Assembly (NCBI GenBank): GCA_963816145.1
Contig: CAWFJP010000017.1
Location: forward strand, 96,001 to 160,000
Reading direction: 5' to 3'
DNA length: 64,000 nt
From: an uncultured delta proteobacterium
Lineage (GTDB): Bacteria > Desulfobacterota > Binatia > UBA9968
In this document: positions 59,172 through 64,000 of the stretch, piece after piece
Layout of the letters: each line of letters begins with the position of its first letter
How positions within the stretch are numbered: the first letter of the stretch is position 1
Translations under genes and position numbers: made by a program
The notes under the pieces: generated by a model
Told to the model about the DNA's origin: nothing
Database searches by the model: none
What the model saw: only the letters and a program-made list of their open reading frames with translations

Positions 59172-60377
59172 TTATACGGCTGGCTGCTCTAAAAGTTGTT
59201 TAACCGCTCCCAGGAAGCGGGCGGCGATGGCGCCGTCGACGCCTCTGTGATCGGCAGACAGCGTCGCCGTCATCATCGATTTGATCTCGATCCCGTCGCC
59301 ATCCGTCACCACGCGCGGCGCAACTCGGCCAACTGCTAGGATTGCCGCCTGTGGTGGATTGATTATGGCGGTGAAGCTATCGACACCGAGCATGCCAAGA
59401 TTCGACACGGTAAAAGTTCCGCCTTCGTAGTCGAGCGGAAAGAGTTTTTTATTTTGCGCCTTGTCGGCGAGCGCTCGGCTTTGCTCGGCCAATTCCGCCA
59501 AGCTAAGACGATCGGCGTTGCGAATCACCGGCACGACGAGTCCTTCGTCGAGGGCCACCGCCACACCGATGTTGATATCTGCATGCTGCCGGATTCCGTG
59601 TTCAGTGAAGCTTGAGTTCATAGACGTGAATTCTTTGAGCGCATGTGCCGACGCATGGAGAATAAAATCATTGATCGACGGGATCGATTCGTCGCCGCGC
59701 TCTTTCCAATCACTTCTAAGCCTACTCACCGCGCTCATGTCGATTTCCATGCTGATGTAGAAATGCGGCGCGCTCTGTTTGCTCTGCGTCATGCGTTCGC
59801 CGACGATTCGGCGCATAGGGGTGAGCGGTATTAAACCATGTGCTGTTGAAGTTGCGGGCCGTGCAACGTTTCCATTGCCGGGGCGCTGCACGTCCACGGC
59901 GAGAATACTGCCTTCAGGGCCGCTGCCTCGCAGCGAGCTCAGCTCGATTCCCTGCTCTTTGGCGATTCGCTTGGCTTTTGGCGAGGCGAGAATTCTTCCA
60001 GCCCGTGGGGCCGGAGCAATGGTAGGCGGTGGTGAGCTTGTCGTCTTCGCGCGGCCCTCACCCCTACCCTCTCCCGGGGGGAGAGGGGGTAAGAGAGGCG
60101 CTGCCGCGGGTGCTTGTTTTTTTGTCGGCAGGGCATCGCCCTCCGCCAAGATCAGTGCGATGGTCTGACCCACCGGCACTTCATCGCCAGGTTTGGCGCT
60201 AATCATTGTCAAGATTCCTGAAGCCGCCGCTTCGATCTCGACGGTGGCTTTGTCGGTTTCGATTTCCATCAACGGCTCGCCTTTGGTCACCGTTTGACCG
60301 TCGGTCTTGAGCCACCTGAGAAGCGTTCCGGTTTGCTGCGCCACGCCGAGGGCGGGCATGATTACATTAGTCGCCAA
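59172..60377 (-). CDS. Dihydrolipoamide acyltransferase (E2)
   Basis: Lipoyl ETDKA, E3-binding ASPKAKRIA...GSGPEG, catalytic DHRGVDG. Confidence 0.93.
   Translation of the reverse strand: MATNVIMPALGVAQQTGTLLRWLKTDGQTVTKGEPLMEIETDKATVEIEAAASGILTMISAKPGDEVPVGQTIALILAEGDALPTKKQAPAAAPLLPPLPPGEGRGEGRAKTTSSPPPTIAPAPRAGRILASPKAKRIAKEQGIELSSLRGSGPEGSILAVDVQRPGNGNVARPATSTAHGLIPLTPMRRIVGERMTQSKQSAPHFYISMEIDMSAVSRLRSDWKERGDESIPSINDFILHASAHALKEFTSMNSSFTEHGIRQHADINIGVAVALDEGLVVPVIRNADRLSLAELAEQSRALADKAQNKKLFPLDYEGGTFTVSNLGMLGVDSFTAIINPPQAAILAVGRVAPRVVTDGDGIEIKSMMTATLSADHRGVDGAIAARFLGAVKQLLEQPAV
60055..60089. repeat. REP-like CCCTCACCC...CCCTCTCCC/GGGAGAGGG element inside the E2 linker
   Basis: CCCTCACCCCTACCCTCTCCCGGGGGGAGAGGGGG; read as PLPPGEGRGEG on the coding strand. 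Confidence 0.65.
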
Positions 60378-60422
60378 AACATCCTCGGGTTAAATCTAAG
60401 TGTGTAATCCGGTTGAGCATGA

Positions 60423-61739
60423 TCAGCTTTTGACTCGCTCCAACGCTCCAGGGTTATTCAGATTCGATTGGGTTTCGCGAACGGTCGGCAGTTCGCCGCC
60501 GGCGGTGAAATAGTGAGTGCCGGCCACCAAGAGCTTTTCCGATGGGAAGCGAGTGATCACTTCGCAGCCGTCTTTGGTAACGACGACTTCTTCTTCGAGA
60601 CGCGCCGCGGACCAGCCGTCGGAAGCGGGCCAGTATGTCTCCAGCGCGAAGACCATGCCTTCTTCGATCACTTCCGGATGGTCGAGAGAAACCAGACGGC
60701 TGAAGATCGGTTTTTCCCAAATCGACAAGCCAACGCCGTGGCCGTATTGCAACGCGAAGGCGGCTTCTTCATTGGCGAAACCGAACTCTTGCGCTTTGGG
60801 CCAGAGCTTAACAACGTCGGCTGTGGTGATGCCTGGCTTGACGATGCTGATCGCCGCGTCCATATAGTCGCGGCTCCGTTTATAGGCGTCGACCATCGCC
60901 GGTGAGGCGCTCCCGACTGCGAAGGTGCGATAGTAGCAGGTGCGATAACCGTTGAAGCTGTGCAGAATATCGAAGAACGCCGGGTCGCCTGGGCGCAGCA
61001 CACGGTCAGTATAAACATGCGGATGGGGGCTGCAGCGCTCGCCGGAAATCGCGTTGACGCCTTCGACATGTTCGGAGCCCAAATCGTAGAGCACTTTGCT
61101 AACCACGCCGACGCATTCGTTTTCTTTTACGCCCGGTTTCATGAATTGATACAGCTCTTCGTAAGCGGCGTCGACCATCATAGTCGCGGTGTTGAGCAGC
61201 GTGATTTCGTCTTGGGTTTTGATTTTGCGAACTTCGTGCATCAGCTGCTGGCCATCGACGACTTTAATGCCTTGGGATTGGAGCGCGAACAGCACCGGTA
61301 TCTCGATGACATCGACACCGACCGGTTCGTTCTGCAGCTTGCGCATTTCCAATTCGAGCTTGATTTTTTTCGCGACATCTTCGGCCAAGCCCGAGCTAGG
61401 ACTGGTCGCGCCGCGCAAAGTCGAAATGCCGGCGCGCGAACGCTCGCCCAACCAGGGGCAGTAAATTTGGTGATGCCGCGCCGCCGACCCGAAGTCCCAG
61501 AGGATCGGCTCGTCATCTTGCGGCAGCAGCGAGAATCGCACGAGCTTGTCCATCGCCCAGGTGCCAATATGGGTCGCGGTGATGTAGCGGATGTTGTTCA
61601 TGTCGAAGCAGAGCAGCGCGCCGATCTCCGATTTCTTGAGCGCGCTTTTCACTCGCGCGAGACGCTCTTGGCGCAGCCGCTCGATGTTGACCCGCTCTTC
61701 CCAATCGACGGCCATCAGGCCGAAAGTTTTAAGTCCCAT
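60423..61739 (-). CDS. M24 (Xaa-Pro peptidase/creatinase fold) family enzyme
   Basis: RKIKTQDEI, FFDI..GYRTC..RT, GHGVG, ALET, RLEE. Confidence 0.87.
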   Translation of the reverse strand: MGLKTFGLMAVDWEERVNIERLRQERLARVKSALKKSEIGALLCFDMNNIRYITATHIGTWAMDKLVRFSLLPQDDEPILWDFGSAARHHQIYCPWLGERSRAGISTLRGATSPSSGLAEDVAKKIKLELEMRKLQNEPVGVDVIEIPVLFALQSQGIKVVDGQQLMHEVRKIKTQDEITLLNTATMMVDAAYEELYQFMKPGVKENECVGVVSKVLYDLGSEHVEGVNAISGERCSPHPHVYTDRVLRPGDPAFFDILHSFNGYRTCYYRTFAVGSASPAMVDAYKRSRDYMDAAISIVKPGITTADVVKLWPKAQEFGFANEEAAFALQYGHGVGLSIWEKPIFSRLVSLDHPEVIEEGMVFALETYWPASDGWSAARLEEEVVVTKDGCEVITRFPSEKLLVAGTHYFTAGGELPTVRETQSNLNNPGALERVKS

Positions 61740-61764
61740 GACCAACCTCCTCGTTCAAAAACCC

Positions 61765-61863
61765 AAGCCGTTCCAGTTGTTCCAAATGTTCCAATCGTTC
61801 CAACCGATCGGTGTCTTCCAACGACTGGAACCACTGGAACGATTGGAACCTTTGGAACGGCTT
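61765..61863. repeat. Long hairpin built from 9-nt GTTCCA units
   Basis: AAGCCGTTCCA + three more GTTCCA units mirrored by four TGGAAC units + GGCTT. Confidence 0.8.
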
Positions 61864-61866
61864 CAC

Positions 61867-62883
61867 TCATTGTCTATTGCACAGCTGCCTCGCTAATTCC
61901 GCCACCGACTCCGGCGTCGGCACAGTTTGATCTTCGAGCACGGGCGAGAACGGTACCGGCACGTCCATCGCGCCCATGCGTTTAACCGGCGCGTCGAGAT
62001 AGTAAAAAGCACCGTCGGCGATCACCGAAGCGATCTCCGCGGTGACGCCATAGCGCTCGTAGCCCTCGTCAATGACTATGGCTCGGCTGGTTTTCTTTGC
62101 CGAGTCGATGATTGTTTGTTTGTCGAGCGGCGCGGTGGTTCGGACATCGACCACTTCGGCGCTGATGTCGTTACTTACGAGTATTTCGGCCGCTGCGAGG
62201 GCAACCTGCACCATGCTACTGGTAGCGACCAGAGTGATGGCGCTGCCGGCGCGCTTCACGTCGGCGACGCCCAGCGGAATCGTATACTCCTCGTCTGGCA
62301 CCAGACCTTTGAGCTGATACATCATCTTGTCTTCGAAAAAAGCCACCGGGTTATCGTCGCGGATCGCCGACTTAAGCAATCCTTTGGCGTCGTATGGCGT
62401 TGATGGCACCACGACTTTCAGTCCGGGAATATGGCTCAGCCATGCGTGCAAGCTCTGGCTATGCTGCGCCGCCGAACGCCGCGCCGCCCCGAGAGTCGTG
62501 CGCAGGACCATGGGAACTTTGAGTTTGCCACCGGACATGTAATGAATCTTCGCCGCTTGGTTGACCATCTGGTCCATCGTCAGCGTGATGAAGTCACCGA
62601 ACATAATGTCGACCACGGGCCGCATGCCAGTCATCGCCGCGCCAACGCCGATACCGGTGATGCCCGCTTCGGAAATCGGCGAGTCGATCACCCGCGTCGT
62701 GCCGAACTCCTTTACCAGCCCGGAAAGAACTTTAAACGGCGTGCCTGCCTCGGCGACATCTTCGCCGATGATAAACACGGTCGGATCGCGGCGCATCTCT
62801 TCGGCGAGCGCTTCGTTGATCGCTTGGCCGAAGGTGATTTCGCGCGCACCAATCGTGGTACTCGTAGTGTTAGACGTAGACAT
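61867..62883 (-). CDS. 2-oxoacid/acetoin dehydrogenase E1 beta subunit
   Basis: GEDV, DSPISE, QHSQ, PYDAKGLL, LDAP. Confidence 0.93.
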   Translation of the reverse strand: MSTSNTTSTTIGAREITFGQAINEALAEEMRRDPTVFIIGEDVAEAGTPFKVLSGLVKEFGTTRVIDSPISEAGITGIGVGAAMTGMRPVVDIMFGDFITLTMDQMVNQAAKIHYMSGGKLKVPMVLRTTLGAARRSAAQHSQSLHAWLSHIPGLKVVVPSTPYDAKGLLKSAIRDDNPVAFFEDKMMYQLKGLVPDEEYTIPLGVADVKRAGSAITLVATSSMVQVALAAAEILVSNDISAEVVDVRTTAPLDKQTIIDSAKKTSRAIVIDEGYERYGVTAEIASVIADGAFYYLDAPVKRMGAMDVPVPFSPVLEDQTVPTPESVAELARQLCNRQ

Positions 62884-63877
62884 GCTGATCCACTTCACTC
62901 GGTTCCGGGAATGGCGCATTGAGCGCGAAATTCACCGCGCCTTTGATTTCCGTGGCGACTTCGTTTTCGATGCGCTGGAATACCATGCCGTCCGCCAATT
63001 TACTCTTTTCGAGCCAAGCTGCGAGCAACTGCACCGGGTCGCGCGTCGATTTCCACTCGGCTTCTTCGGCTTTCGAGCGGTAGTAGGCACGGTCGATGTC
63101 GCCGACATGGTGGCCATGGAAGCGATAGGTGAGACATTCTAAAAAAGCCGGGCCGCCGCCGCGTCGTGCGCGCTCGACTAGTTTCTGCGCCGTGGCATGG
63201 AGCGCGCGCACGTCTTGGCCGTCCAACGACTCGACGTGAATACCGAAGGCTTTGGCTCGGCCGGTAACTTCGCCGGCAGTGGTTTCGCGATAGTGGGTGT
63301 ACTCGTTGTACTGATTGTTCTCGCAGACGTAGATGACCGGCAGTTTCCAAAGCGACGCCATGTTCATAGTTTCGTAAAGCAGCCCTTGACCGAGGGCGCC
63401 GTCGCCGAAAAAACAAGCTGCCACTTGATCGCTGCCGCGCATCCTGATCGACATCGCCGCACCAGTAGCGATGCCGGCGCTGCCGCCAACGATGGCGTTA
63501 GCGCCCAAATTGCCGGTGTCCTGGTCGGCAATATGCATGGAGCCGCCTTTGCCGCGGCAGTAGCCGGCTTCCTTACCGAGCAGCTCGGCGAACATTCGGT
63601 CGACGGATGCGCCCTTGGCAATACAATGGCCATGGCCGCGGTGTGTACTGGTGATGTAATCGTCTTGGCGCAACGCCTCACAGACACCGACCGCGACCGC
63701 TTCTTCGCCGATATAAAGATGCGCCAGTCCAGGCATTTTGGCGCCGAGATAAAGTTGATTGACCTCTTCTTCGAACAGCCGGATCTTCAGCATCTGCCGG
63801 TAGAAATGGAGCCAGCGCTCGTCGTGAGCGAGAACGCTCTTGGCCGCTTTCGTTTTGGTCTTCTTGGGTTGGGCCAT
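62870..63877 (-). CDS. 2-oxoacid/acetoin dehydrogenase E1 alpha subunit
   Basis: THRGHGH, GKGGSMH, TPP motif GDG...ENN, TYRFHGH. Confidence 0.93.
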   Translation of the reverse strand: MAQPKKTKTKAAKSVLAHDERWLHFYRQMLKIRLFEEEVNQLYLGAKMPGLAHLYIGEEAVAVGVCEALRQDDYITSTHRGHGHCIAKGASVDRMFAELLGKEAGYCRGKGGSMHIADQDTGNLGANAIVGGSAGIATGAAMSIRMRGSDQVAACFFGDGALGQGLLYETMNMASLWKLPVIYVCENNQYNEYTHYRETTAGEVTGRAKAFGIHVESLDGQDVRALHATAQKLVERARRGGGPAFLECLTYRFHGHHVGDIDRAYYRSKAEEAEWKSTRDPVQLLAAWLEKSKLADGMVFQRIENEVATEIKGAVNFALNAPFPEPSEVDQHVYV

Positions 63878-63932
63878 TAGAGTTTCACCGTGACAAACTG
63901 GGGTCATGGAGTGTCGGGTTTTCCTGAACCCA

Positions 63933-64000
63933 TCACTGCATCACTCCAGTTTTTACTCCTGCCATTCTAGCCAATACCTCGAAGACGATGGCGAAGTCTT
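63933..64000 (-). CDS. 3' end of a CDS, possibly 3-hydroxyisobutyrate dehydrogenase family (partial)
   Basis: Hand translation DFAIVFEVLARMAGVKTGVMQ*; only 21 residues visible. Confidence 0.4.
   Translation of the reverse strand, partial: DFAIVFEVLARMAGVKTGVMQ

Overview
This is a bacterial chromosomal window of roughly 55% GC (by eye). The gene repertoire (many TctC/Bug, LLM, amidohydrolase, cupin, UbiD and MmgE/PrpD genes) suggests a Binatia/deltaproteobacterial-type genome; that placement is inference only. (1) About 1.2-20.4 kb is a decaying accessory region. It holds two convergent stand-alone NRPS A-PCP didomains lacking the amino-acid-binding Asp, two methyltransferases, an ATP-grasp-like gene, and a nonsense-interrupted HTH-Fic gene with an array of TGAAACGAT operator-like sites. 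It also has several gene relics, an IS1380 remnant, one near-complete and one truncated integron attC site (no integrase), and a same-orientation ~54-bp palindromic repeat that brackets single genes like cassettes. (2) 20.4-27.9 kb holds catabolic genes and a secreted protein. (3) 28.5-33.7 kb is mnmE-mnmG-parA-parB with two parS sites and no rsmG. (4) 33.8-56.5 kb mixes housekeeping and catabolic genes: ispH, tctBAC-prpD-MLE, sigma54/NtrC-type amtB-glnA-PII, ubiD and ileS-lspA. (5) 56.6-64 kb is a minus-strand operon joining a 2-oxoacid/acetoin dehydrogenase (E1a, E1b, E2), an atypical M24 enzyme and a NitT/TauT ABC transporter. No rRNA, tRNA or CRISPR array was seen. All calls come from reading motifs by eye; no searches were run.
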